Shown here piece after piece: positions 1 to 8,365 of a DNA stretch of 32,000 nucleotides. How positions within the stretch are numbered: position 1 is the stretch's first letter; each line of letters opens with the position of its first letter. The stretch is from Geobacter metallireducens GS-15. GTDB lineage: Bacteria; Desulfobacterota; Desulfuromonadia; Geobacterales; Geobacteraceae. The translations under genes and the position numbers were made by a program. The notes under the pieces are model-generated. The model had not been told where the DNA came from, did no database searches, and worked only from the letters and a program-made list of their open reading frames with translations. The DNA is taken from positions 1,950,001 to 1,982,000 of the forward strand of contig NC_007517.1 in assembly GCF_000012925.1 (NCBI RefSeq), in the 5' to 3' direction.

Positions 1-1
1 C

Positions 2-778
2 TACGAAGCCGCACCGTTCGCGGCCCGGTATCTCGCCAAGAGTTCGCCGGAGTATCTGGGGTACATCATCATGCATCATCACCACCTCATGGCGGGATGG
101 TCGCAGCTCGACGAGGCGGTGCGGCGGGGAGCCCCGGTGCGGGAGAGCGCTTCCCATGGCGACGATGAGGGGGCGCGGGAGAACTTCCTCATGGGAATGT
201 TCAACCTGGCCATGCAGAGTGCGCCGAAGGTTGTCCCGCTCATCGACCTCACCGGCCGCAAACGCTTGCTGGATCTTGGGGGAGGACCCGGTACCTGGGC
301 AATCCACTTCTGTCTCCAGAATCCGGGATTGGACGCGATTGTCTATGATCTTCCCACCACCCGCCGCTTTGCCGAGGAGACCGTCGCCCGCTTCGGACTT
401 GCGGATCGGGTCGGGTTCGTGGCTGGGGATTTCCTCGAAAACGATACTCCAAAGGGCTTCGACGTGGTCTGGCTTTCCCATATCCTCCACGCCTATGGCC
501 CGGACCAGTGCGCCGTGATCCTCGAGAAGGCGGTGAGAGCCCTGGAACCGGGAGGACTTCTCCTCGTCCAGGAGTTCGTTCTGGACGACACCAGATCCGG
601 TCCCCTCTTTCCGGCGCTCTTTTCCCTGAATATGCTCGTGGGAACCACAGCCGGGCAGTCTTATTCCGAAGGCGAACTCTCTTCCATGATGGCTGCAGCC
701 GGTCTCCGTGACGTGAGGCGCCTGCCGCTGGAATTGCCGAACGGTGCCGGGATTATTGCCGGGACGGTTCGGCAATGA
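2..778 (+). CDS. SAM-dependent O-methyltransferase (family-2 OMT-like), 5'-partial
   Basis: The frame is open from the window edge: YEAAPFAARYLAKSSPEYLGYII precedes the listed Met at 71, so the gene starts upstream. SAM motif I is LLDLGGGPGTW. The OMT-type C-terminal block is DVVWLSHILHAYGPDQCAVILEKAVRALEPGGLLLVQEF. Confidence 0.75.
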   Translation, partial: YEAAPFAARYLAKSSPEYLGYIIMHHHHLMAGWSQLDEAVRRGAPVRESASHGDDEGARENFLMGMFNLAMQSAPKVVPLIDLTGRKRLLDLGGGPGTWAIHFCLQNPGLDAIVYDLPTTRRFAEETVARFGLADRVGFVAGDFLENDTPKGFDVVWLSHILHAYGPDQCAVILEKAVRALEPGGLLLVQEFVLDDTRSGPLFPALFSLNMLVGTTAGQSYSEGELSSMMAAAGLRDVRRLPLELPNGAGIIAGTVRQ

Positions 779-868
779 TATCCGTTGGCATCCATTGATG
801 AATAAATATCTAAAGTCTTTTCGTGCAGCCGCCGATACCTATTATTGAGCAGTTAGATTATCGCCCGT

Positions 869-1054
869 ATGGCGAAGGGGTTCGGTGTGGAAGAGGCAGT
901 TTACAAGTTCCCGTTTCTCTCTGTGGCGCAGGTCCATTCTTTTTCAATGGACCGCCCCGTTTCCATTGTTTTCGGACCGGACAACATGTACTGGGTGGTT
1001 CCCGACGCCGTTGCCCGAGAACTTCATCGCCGCGGCTATCAATTCTGCCAGTGA
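869..1054 (+). CDS. small hypothetical protein (61 aa)
   Basis: The ORF has a protein-like, non-repetitive translation (VYKFPFLSVAQVHSFSMDRPVSIVFGPDNMYWVVPDAVARELHRRGY). There is no clear Shine-Dalgarno and I recognise no family. Confidence 0.3.
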   Translation: MAKGFGVEEAVYKFPFLSVAQVHSFSMDRPVSIVFGPDNMYWVVPDAVARELHRRGYQFCQ

Positions 1055-1079
1055 CGATTGCTGTATCCATGTTTAGCCG

Positions 1080-1109
1080 TTGACTTGCCCTGTTCATTGA
1101 CGTTAGAAT
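1080..1109 (+). promoter_or_regulatory. sigma-70-type promoter candidate for yacG-gltX
   Basis: TTGACT (1080-1085), 18-nt spacer, TAGAAT (1104-1109). It lies 77 nt upstream of the yacG ATG. Confidence 0.45.
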
Positions 1110-1144
1110 CCGGCCGTTGAACCTGGCCGGATATCCTGAACCTG

Positions 1145-1180
1145 CCCCAGGTATGCCACAGCACCTGGGGTTTTTGTTTG
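1145..1180 (+). terminator. intrinsic-terminator-like hairpin in the yacG-gltX leader
   Basis: CCCCAGGT (1145-1152) pairs with ACCTGGGG (1163-1170) around a 10-nt loop, followed by TTTTTGTTTG. It sits between the candidate promoter and the yacG ATG (1186). Confidence 0.4.
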
Positions 1181-1185
1181 CACAA

Positions 1186-1377
1186 ATGAGCGAAAAACCA
1201 ATCACCATAGTGCCGTGTCCACGCTGTCGGAAAGAAACCCCCTGGCAGGGAAACCCCTTCCGACCCTTCTGCTCCGAGCGGTGCAAGACCATGGATCTTG
1301 CCGCCTGGGCCGATGAGGAATACCGCATCGCCAGTGAGGATACCCCTGGCGATGATGAATCTGACGAAAACCCGTAA
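1186..1377 (+). CDS. yacG: DNA gyrase inhibitor YacG (zinc-finger protein)
   Basis: Translation [48 protein letters not shown] carries the YacG CPxC...[11 protein letters not shown]...DLxxWAxEEY signature. The listed ORF (1117) was trimmed to the internal ATG at 1186. Confidence 0.85.
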
Positions 1378-1387
1378 AGGAGTTCCC

Positions 1388-2785
1388 ATGTCCGACGTAC
1401 GCCTCCGCTTCGCGCCGAGCCCCACCGGTTACCTTCACGTTGGGGGGGCGCGTACCGCGCTTTTCAACTGGCTCCTGTCCCGCAAGGAAAAAGGGACTTT
1501 CATCCTCCGCATCGAGGACACCGACGTGGCCCGTTCCACCCAGGAATCGGTGGACGCCATCCTTCAGGGGATGGCCTGGCTTGGCCTCGGCTGGGACGAA
1601 GGTCCCTTCTACCAGTCGGAGCGTTTTCCCGTCTACAAGGAGTTCGTGGAGAAGCTCGTGGCCGAGGGTAAGGCATACCGTTGCTACTGCACCTCCGAGG
1701 CGCTGGAGGCCAAGCGGGAGCTGGCCATGAAGGAGGGGCGCAAGCCCAAGTACGACGGCACCTGTCGCAACGGAGTGGAGGAGCCCGGGGATAAGCCGTA
1801 CGTAATCCGTTTCAAGGCGCCCCACGAAGGGGTAACGGTCTTCGATGACCTCATCAAGGGTCGGATTGCCTTCAATAACGACGAACTGGACGACCTCATC
1901 ATCCAGCGCAGTGACGGCACCCCCACCTACAACTTCGTTGTGGTTATCGACGACGCCACCATGGGGATAACCACCGTTATCCGGGGCGATGACCATATCA
2001 ACAACACCCCTCGCCAGATTCTTCTCTACGAGGCCCTTGGCTATCCCGTGCCCCGCTTTGCCCACGTGCCGATGATCCTCGGCGCCGACAAGACCCGTCT
2101 CTCCAAGCGCCACGGCGCCACGAGCGTCATGGCCTACCGTGACATGGGGTTTCTCCCCGAAGCCATGGTCAACTACCTGGTGCGGCTTGGCTGGAGTCAC
2201 GGCGATCAGGAGATCTTCAGTCGAGAGGAACTCATCGAGAAGTTTTCCATCGAGGCGGTGGGCAAATCTGCCGGAGTATTCAATCCTGACAAGCTCCTCT
2301 GGCTCAACCATCACTACATCAAGGAGAGCGCTTCCGAGCGGCTGGCGGAGCTTTTAATCCCCTTCATGAAGGAGCGTGGCATTGTTCCCGAGTCGGGACC
2401 GAGCCTTTCCCTCGTGGTGAAGACCCTCCAGGAGCGTTCCCGGACCCTCGTGGAGATGGCTGACGGCGCGATTTTTTACTACCGAGGCGATTTTGCCTAT
2501 GACGAACAGGCTGCGGCCAAGCACCTGGTTCCCGATGCCGCACCACTGCTGGAAGCGTTGGCGGACAAACTGGAGGCGCTCGCCGACTTCAGTCAGGCGA
2601 GCATAGAGGCTCTGTTCAAGGAGTTCATCGCTGAGAAGGGGATCAAGCTGGGGCAGGTGGGGCCGGCGGTTCGTGTCTCCCTCTGTGGCGGCACCGCATC
2701 CCCCGGCATCTACGAGGTAATCGAGGCCCTGGGGAAAGAAGAAACCCTGCGGAGGCTGCGCCGCGCCGTGGCTTTTATCGGGTAA
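1388..2785 (+). CDS. gltX: glutamate--tRNA ligase
   Basis: Class I aaRS HIGH-type motif ([20 protein letters not shown]) and KMSKS-type motif (RLSKRHGA). The ATG at 1388 is preceded by AAAGGAG. The listed ORF (1298) was trimmed. Confidence 0.95.
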
Positions 2786-2821
2786 CGCAGCAAGCCTCAC
2801 AGGTCATGGGCGAAAATCAAA

Positions 2822-2857
2822 GGGGCGGCACGATATGATTTCGTGTCGCCCCTTTTT
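2822..2857. terminator. bidirectional intrinsic terminator between gltX and the convergent MshEN-REC gene
   Basis: A 12-bp stem joins GGGGCGGCACGA and TCGTGTCGCCCC (one G-T pair) around a 7-nt loop. TTTTT follows on the + strand, and the A-rich upstream run (GAAAATCAAA) provides a U-tract on the - strand. Confidence 0.8.
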
Positions 2858-2871
2858 CCGGTTAGGGTGGT

Positions 2872-3705
2872 TTACTTGTAACGCTTCGTCAGCTCGAAGG
2901 CCCGCTTGACCCGAGTAACAATTCTGATTGGTTGGACCGGTTTGGCGATGAAGTCCAGAAAACCGGCCTCCAACGCCCGTTGTTCATCTTCGCCGGTGGC
3001 CTTGGAGGTGATGAGGATGACGGGAATGTCGGCGGTGGCCGGGTTTGTGCGCAGAGCACGCAGGAGGCCGAAGCCATCCATGCGCGGCATGGTTGCGTCG
3101 GTTAAAATCATGTCGGGTTTTTCGGTCACGGCCGACTTGAGTCCGTCAACCCCGTCATGGGTCACCAGAACGTCGTACCCTTCTTTCAGAAGCGCCACCT
3201 GAATGACGGTAGCCACGGGGAGGGTATCTTCCACCACGAGGACTTTCTGTCGTTGCACGTCCTTCATCTTGCCATGGAGGTAGTGCTTCTCTATGGCGGC
3301 CAAAAGCTCCTGCCGCGTGGCAAGGATCGGCACCACTTTGAGCCGGTGCTTCTTGGCCAGGAAATCGACGGTGTCCTGATCAAAGGGATCGTTCAGGGCC
3401 AGGGCCAGCATGTTCTCTTTCAGTTTGAGGGGAAAAACAAGCCGCTGTACCGCCATGTCCTGGGGGACGAGGGAGAGCAGCTCCGGCGGAAATGCGTAAT
3501 CGACAAACCCCTTCACCGTTTTGATGCCGAGTTGTTTCGACAGGGCATCGATCAGTTCCTCACCGGTGATGACCCCCATCTCCTCGAGAACCTGACCAAG
3601 TCGTTTTCCGCTCCCCTTCTGGCGCTCCAGGGCCCGCTCAATGGTCTTGACGGTTATGATTCCCGCCTCCACCAGCAGGTCGCCCAGTTGCTTTTTCTGT
3701 ACCAT
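2872..3705 (-). CDS. MshEN (T2SSE_N) domain - response regulator receiver fusion protein
   Basis: The N-terminus has two tandem MshEN-type motifs, QLGDLLVEAGIITVKTIERALERQ and RLGQVLEEMGVITGEELIDALSKQ, separated by KGSGK. The C-terminus is a CheY-like receiver (VLVVEDT...MILTDATMPRMDG...ILITSK...FIAKP). The track start at 3711 is TTG; I prefer the ATG at 3705. Confidence 0.85.
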   Translation of the reverse strand: MVQKKQLGDLLVEAGIITVKTIERALERQKGSGKRLGQVLEEMGVITGEELIDALSKQLGIKTVKGFVDYAFPPELLSLVPQDMAVQRLVFPLKLKENMLALALNDPFDQDTVDFLAKKHRLKVVPILATRQELLAAIEKHYLHGKMKDVQRQKVLVVEDTLPVATVIQVALLKEGYDVLVTHDGVDGLKSAVTEKPDMILTDATMPRMDGFGLLRALRTNPATADIPVILITSKATGEDEQRALEAGFLDFIAKPVQPIRIVTRVKRAFELTKRYK

Positions 3706-3858
3706 CAGCAATTCCCTTCACTTCCGGAGATTTGAGAGCTGGATCGCGAATTTCCTGCCATAGTGGCGTACTGACGGAAAACTTCACTCATTATATCGGA
3801 CACTTTCCCAAATACTTTAGCCAAACAGTAAGAAATTGTTCAACTGTTCGAATCGGCG

Positions 3859-3882
3859 TAAAAAAGGCCCCGAAACGGGGCC
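3859..3882 (-). terminator. intrinsic terminator downstream of amtB
   Basis: GGCCCCG-AAA-CGGGGCC hairpin (3866-3882). On the - strand it is followed by a T-run (the + strand A-run at 3860-3865). Confidence 0.8.
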
Positions 3883-3907
3883 TTGATAAGGGTGACAGGG
3901 AAGAAGA

Positions 3908-5128
3908 TCAGCGCACATGATCCTCTGGATAGGCGCCGATTTTGTGAATGGAGAGGTCAGCGCCGGCAAACTCCTCTTCGTCCGAGAGCCGGATGCCGAC
4001 GGTCTTGGAAAGAACGGTGTAGACGAGGAACCCGTTCGCAAGGGCGAAGAGGATGGCAGCGACCGTGCCAAGCAATTGGGAAATGAATGATATGCCACCA
4101 ATGCCGCCGAGAAGAGGCTGGCCGAAGATCCCGGCGGCAATGCCTCCCCAGGAGCCGATGATGCCGTGAAGGGGCCAGACGCCGAGAACGTCGTCGATCT
4201 TGAGTCGCTCCTGCTCGATCTGGAAACCGTAGACGAAGATAACGGAGGCGATAGCGCCGGTAGCGAAGGCCCCCAGAGGGTGTATGATGTCGCTGCCCGC
4301 GCAGACGGCGATGAGTCCTGCCAAGGCGCCGTTATGGATGAAACCCGGGTCGTTTTTCCCTGCAAGGAGGGCCGCCAGCACGCCACCAACCATGGCCAGA
4401 AGGGAGTTCACCGCAACGAGGCCCGATATCTTGTCCAAGTGGCCGGCGCTCATGACGTTGAAACCGAACCATCCGACCGCCAGGATCCAGGATCCGAGGG
4501 CCAGAAAGGGGATGTTGCTGATGGGGATAGGGTGGGATTTACTCCTGATGTACCTTCCCATGCGGGGGCCGAGGGTAAGGACTGCGGGGAGGGCAAGCCA
4601 GCCACCCATGGAATGGACCACCACCGAACCGGCGTAGTCATGGAATTCAGCGCCGCCGATACTCTTGAAGAACCCCTGAAGAATCGAAGCGTTCTTTCCC
4701 CAGATGAGAGATTCGAAGATGGGATAGGTCAGTGCAGCGAAAAGGGCGCCGGCGAAGACCTGGGGCCAGAACTTGGCCCGTTCGGCGATTCCTCCCGAGA
4801 TTATGGCCGGGATGCAGGCGGAAAAGCAGAGGAGGAAGAAGTAGTGAACGAGGTCGTACCCCTGGGTGGCGCCCATGAGGTCGCCGGCCGGCACGAGGAA
4901 GGATATGCCGTAGGCGATGGGGAAGCCGACCATGAAATACGCGATGGTGGAGACTGACCAGTCGGTCAGGATCTTTACAAACGCGTTGACCTGATTCTTT
5001 TTGCGGACTGTCCCCACTTCGAGGAAGGCGAAACCGGCGTGCATTGCAAAGACCATGACGGCGCCGAGCATGAGGAAGAGGACATCGGTGCTGTTCTTGA
5101 GACCTGTCGCCATCGACAGCTGATCCAT
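3908..5128 (-). CDS. amtB: ammonium transporter (Amt family)
   Basis: Polytopic membrane protein with Amt-type blocks (FAMHAGFAFLEVGTVRKKN, VVHSMGGWLALPAVLTLGPR, DDVLGVWPLHGIIGSWGGIAAGIFG). The listed ATG at 5134 sits 1 nt after GGAGG. The next ATG at 5128 has 7-nt spacing and is preferred. Confidence 0.9.
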   Translation of the reverse strand: MDQLSMATGLKNSTDVLFLMLGAVMVFAMHAGFAFLEVGTVRKKNQVNAFVKILTDWSVSTIAYFMVGFPIAYGISFLVPAGDLMGATQGYDLVHYFFLLCFSACIPAIISGGIAERAKFWPQVFAGALFAALTYPIFESLIWGKNASILQGFFKSIGGAEFHDYAGSVVVHSMGGWLALPAVLTLGPRMGRYIRSKSHPIPISNIPFLALGSWILAVGWFGFNVMSAGHLDKISGLVAVNSLLAMVGGVLAALLAGKNDPGFIHNGALAGLIAVCAGSDIIHPLGAFATGAIASVIFVYGFQIEQERLKIDDVLGVWPLHGIIGSWGGIAAGIFGQPLLGGIGGISFISQLLGTVAAILFALANGFLVYTVLSKTVGIRLSDEEEFAGADLSIHKIGAYPEDHVR

Positions 5129-5197
5129 GGGCATACCTCCGTTGGCATGTGGTTCGGCCCTCGTTCTCCCGTCGTCGGGAAGGGCCGTTTTCCCTTT

Positions 5198-5213
5198 AGC
5201 AACCTCTTTGCCA
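5198..5213 (-). promoter_or_regulatory. sigma-54 (-24/-12) promoter for amtB
   Basis: The - strand reads TGGCAAAGAGGTTGCT, which fits TGGCAC-N5-TTGCW with exact GG-N10-GC spacing. The -12 element is about 70 nt upstream of the amtB ATG. Confidence 0.6.
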
Positions 5214-5334
5214 ATAGTTTAACCAGTTGAAATCACACACAAGAAGGTGCACTGAGCGTTTCGAAAGCAACGGTGCTGACTGTTTATTCATCACCCATGC
5301 CCGGGGAATGGGCTGTCTTTTGGCAAATTTGGAG

Positions 5335-5363
5335 TTGACGCTCGTGTGTCTACGTTGTAAAGT
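5335..5363 (+). promoter_or_regulatory. sigma-70-type promoter candidate for the deacetylase cluster
   Basis: TTGACG (5335-5340), 17-nt spacer, TAAAGT (5358-5363). It lies about 50 nt upstream of the 5415 start. Confidence 0.4.
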
Positions 5364-5414
5364 CGCGGCATTAAAAGAAAATCATGCATAACACCGTTGT
5401 GACCGGGATGCCGA

Positions 5415-6572
5415 TTGCCTGCCAAGACCGCCCTCATATACTCGAACGACTTCAGCCGGTTCAGTTACGGTGACGACCATCCGTTCAAGATCCAGCGTAT
5501 CATTCTTGCCCGCGAGCTCATGGGCATGCTGGGACTCACGGAGTTGCCCGGCGCTTGTATCCATGACTGCCCGCGTGCGGACGAGGCATCCCTTCTCACG
5601 TTTCATTCCCCGGACTATCTACAGCGGCTCCGGGAATTCAGCGATTCCGACGAACCTCGCGCAGACTTCCGGTATGGTCTGGGAGATCTGGACAACCCGG
5701 TCTTCAAGGGATTCTATGACTGGGCAATACTCGGCGTCGGAGGGACCATGGAGGCCGCCCGACTCGTGACCGAGGAGGGGTACGACATCGCCTTCACCAT
5801 GGCAGGGGGGTGGCACCACGCCCACCGGAGCAAGGCATCGGGTTTCTCGTATCTGAATGACGCAGTTATCGCCATTAACACGCTTGTTGCGAAGGGATTG
5901 CGGGTTGCGTACCTGGACATCGACGCCCACCACGGCGACGGGGTTCAGGAGGCCTTTTACGATACCGACCAGGTCCTGACCGTCTCTATCCACGAGAGCG
6001 GCATCTATTTTTTCCCCGGCACCGGCTTCGAGGACGAGATCGGTAGGGGGCAGGGGAGGGGATACTCGGTGAATGTTCCCCTCGTGGCCCACACCGACGA
6101 CGCTCTGTTCATGAAGGCCTTTGACGAAGTGGCCTATCCCCTGATCGCCGCCTACAACCCCGATGTTCTGGTAACCCAACTCGGCGTTGACACGTTTCGC
6201 ACCGACCCCCTCACGCGCCTCGAAATAACCACCCACAGCTACACCTATATCCTGCGCAAGCTGAAGGCGCTGAAAATTCCGTGGGTGGCAGTGGGTGGCG
6301 GCGGATATAACATGATCAACGTTGCCCGGGGATGGACCCTTGCCTGGGGGATCATGAACGGCGTGGAACTGCCGCCGAAGCTGCCGGCCCAATTCGTGGA
6401 TATGATCGCGCCCATGGGACATCCGAACCGGATGCTTCTTGACGCCATGCACTGGGCAGAGGAGGATGACCGGAACCGGGCCCTCGACGCGGTGGAGAGG
6501 AGTATCGCTGCCATTCGGGAAACGGTCTTTCCCGTGATTATCGGAAATTATGCCGCGGCTGCCGGGGAATAG
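5415..6572 (+). CDS. histone deacetylase family protein (AcuC/acetoin-utilization-type class I HDAC-like)
   Basis: HDAC catalytic blocks GGWHHAHRSKASGFSYLND and DIDAHHGDGVQEAFYDTDQVLTVSIHE. TTG start at 5415. Confidence 0.9.
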   Translation: MPAKTALIYSNDFSRFSYGDDHPFKIQRIILARELMGMLGLTELPGACIHDCPRADEASLLTFHSPDYLQRLREFSDSDEPRADFRYGLGDLDNPVFKGFYDWAILGVGGTMEAARLVTEEGYDIAFTMAGGWHHAHRSKASGFSYLNDAVIAINTLVAKGLRVAYLDIDAHHGDGVQEAFYDTDQVLTVSIHESGIYFFPGTGFEDEIGRGQGRGYSVNVPLVAHTDDALFMKAFDEVAYPLIAAYNPDVLVTQLGVDTFRTDPLTRLEITTHSYTYILRKLKALKIPWVAVGGGGYNMINVARGWTLAWGIMNGVELPPKLPAQFVDMIAPMGHPNRMLLDAMHWAEEDDRNRALDAVERSIAAIRETVFPVIIGNYAAAAGE

Positions 6573-7398
6573 TGCACTCGTTGACGCTGCCGGACGGGTG
6601 CTCCACTCCCTTCGGGAGATCAATTTCCTATCTCAGGTGGAGCGTGAGCGATTCTACGTCGGCATACTTCCTCCGCGGCTCTTTGCGTACCTTGGCATCT
6701 CGCCGCAAACCCTCTGCGGCGCCGACGGCCTGAGGCGCATCAAGGTCATCGCCCCGGAGGGGATAGGGATTGCGCGGATCGAGGTCAAGGCGCACCCGGC
6801 AGACACAGACACAGCCTTTTTTCTGGAACTGGCAGACACCCACTACGGCCAGATGGAGCTTTCATTCTGCATCATCGCCGATCCTGAAACGCCCCGCTAT
6901 TACGTGGACAAGGACGCAGCGGGGCGAGACAACTGCTTTACGACCCTGGGCCGCAATATTCCCGAGGAACTCAGGGCCATGGAGGCGGGTCTCTTCCCGA
7001 ACCAGACGAGGCGGGGACTACACCTTTTCGGGGAGTTCTTCCCCATCTTCGAGCGGTTCGTGGATTCCCTCGGAATGGAGATGATAGTGGCGGAGCCCCT
7101 GACCTACGACAATGCCATCCGCTATGAAAAGTACGGTTTCGACTACATAACCGGAAAGCGGCTCATGCTGGAAATAGACCAGGAGTTCCGCCGGGGCGGA
7201 ATCCTTTTCGGGCGGCTCGACGGTTCTAACCCGTTTCGGATGCCAGGTGCTGAGCGTACGGTGCGGGGGAGGAGTTGGGCCATCCACGACGGGATCATGG
7301 ACGAACCCTGGGACGAGGTGCGGATCTACAAGACGGTTGGAGAACATGCTGGAATCGACACCTTTCCCGACAGAAACAATGAAGGAGGACACCCCTGA
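6550..7398 (+). CDS. hypothetical protein with a possible GNAT-like C-terminal half
   Basis: 282-aa ORF that overlaps the deacetylase stop by 23 nt. The segment RRGLHLFGEFFPIFERFVDSLGMEMIVAEPLTYDNAIRYEKYGFDY resembles the GNAT motif A/B region (the ...N.A...YEK.GF ending). I recognise no firm family. Confidence 0.7.
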   Translation: MPRLPGNSALVDAAGRVLHSLREINFLSQVERERFYVGILPPRLFAYLGISPQTLCGADGLRRIKVIAPEGIGIARIEVKAHPADTDTAFFLELADTHYGQMELSFCIIADPETPRYYVDKDAAGRDNCFTTLGRNIPEELRAMEAGLFPNQTRRGLHLFGEFFPIFERFVDSLGMEMIVAEPLTYDNAIRYEKYGFDYITGKRLMLEIDQEFRRGGILFGRLDGSNPFRMPGAERTVRGRSWAIHDGIMDEPWDEVRIYKTVGEHAGIDTFPDRNNEGGHP

Positions 7399-7399
7399 C

Positions 7400-8353
7400 A
7401 TGCACGCGCAAACGAAAGACCTCACCCCCATCAAGGGAATTCGCTACTATTACCCACCCGATGATGCCGTTCTGGTTTTCAAGGACGAGAAGGAGCGGAT
7501 ACATTACGGCGGCATGCCGGTGCCGCTGCTGGAGGATGACTTTGCCAGGCTGGACGGAGAGCCATCCTACGATGAGGTTGGCCGTGGGGTTTACCAGGCC
7601 CTTCGGAGCAATCCCGACTGCATCCTCTGCGACAAATATGCGGCACTCCTCAGGGACGCCTATCCCCACTACCTGGCCGAGTTGGCCAGCAATGCCATCA
7701 TGATCGACAGCAAGGACGTGGAAGTTCCCTATCTCGACCGCAAGATCGCCTGCCTGAAGGTTCTTGCCCTTCTGGAGCCGCAAAATCCGGCTCTCCCCCT
7801 TGAGATCGGCAGGGTCTTTCTTGATCGGGGGATGCGGCTTTCGGCCCTCCATCTTTCCACCGTCAGCATCTATCGGGCCGAGCACTTCCTCAACCGGGCC
7901 CATACCCTCGCACCGGACGACCGCAACATCAATCGTTACCTGGGAGAGGCGTACTACCTTCTCGGCAAGTACGACGAGGCGGTCGGTTTCTGGCGAAAGG
8001 CCACGACAACTGACGAGCCGGAAGCGGAGCGGCTGCGGGAGCGCATTGAACGGATTAGCGCCGGGAATGTTCCCCTGATTCCCCCTGTTGATTATCTGGA
8101 AGCAATCGGAGCGGCCTTTGCATGTAACCAGACCGGAGAGTACGAAGAGTCTATTGCCATTCTTCAGGATATCCTGATGGATCCGGTATTTAGCGAGGAG
8201 TTTCCCATCCCTGAGATTCACTGCGTCATCGGTAAGGGATTCACGGCCCTCGACATGCCGAAGTACGCCGAGGCGGAATTTCGCCAGGCCCTTGTGATGG
8301 ATCCGGCTCACGAGGAGGCCCGAGCTCTCCTTGCCACGATCGCTGCTGCGTAG
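7400..8353 (+). CDS. TPR-repeat protein
   Basis: The ATG at 7400 lies 10 nt after AGGAGG and 1 nt after the previous stop. TPR-like helices include LGEAYYLLGKYDEAVGFWRKA and GKGFTALDMPKYAEAEFRQALVMDPAHEEA. The listed ORF (7247) was trimmed. Confidence 0.75.
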   Translation: MHAQTKDLTPIKGIRYYYPPDDAVLVFKDEKERIHYGGMPVPLLEDDFARLDGEPSYDEVGRGVYQALRSNPDCILCDKYAALLRDAYPHYLAELASNAIMIDSKDVEVPYLDRKIACLKVLALLEPQNPALPLEIGRVFLDRGMRLSALHLSTVSIYRAEHFLNRAHTLAPDDRNINRYLGEAYYLLGKYDEAVGFWRKATTTDEPEAERLRERIERISAGNVPLIPPVDYLEAIGAAFACNQTGEYEESIAILQDILMDPVFSEEFPIPEIHCVIGKGFTALDMPKYAEAEFRQALVMDPAHEEARALLATIAAA

Positions 8354-8365
8354 TTAGGGGTGTCC

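Noticed and set aside
71-88. The ORF-track protein begins MHHHHL, which looks like an engineered His-tag.
   Set aside because: The same frame is open upstream to the window edge with sensible protein sequence (…SSPEYLGYIIMHHHHLMAGW). The His run is therefore internal to a 5'-truncated natural gene, not a tag at a start codon.
1202-2314. 370-aa ORF on the - strand.
   Set aside because: It is entirely antisense to gltX, whose identity is unambiguous. This is a typical shadow ORF of a GC-rich gene, with a low-complexity Gly/Val/His-rich translation.
3840-3860. GTTCGAATC, a tRNA T-loop-like string.
   Set aside because: The flanking bases do not form a T-stem (AACTG versus CGGCG), and no acceptor, D or anticodon arms can be drawn. 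It is not a tRNA.
5619-8311. Long - strand ORFs 5619..6623 and 7295..8311.
   Set aside because: They are antisense to the HDAC, the 282-aa protein and the TPR protein. Their translations are Gly/Arg/Val-rich shadow frames.
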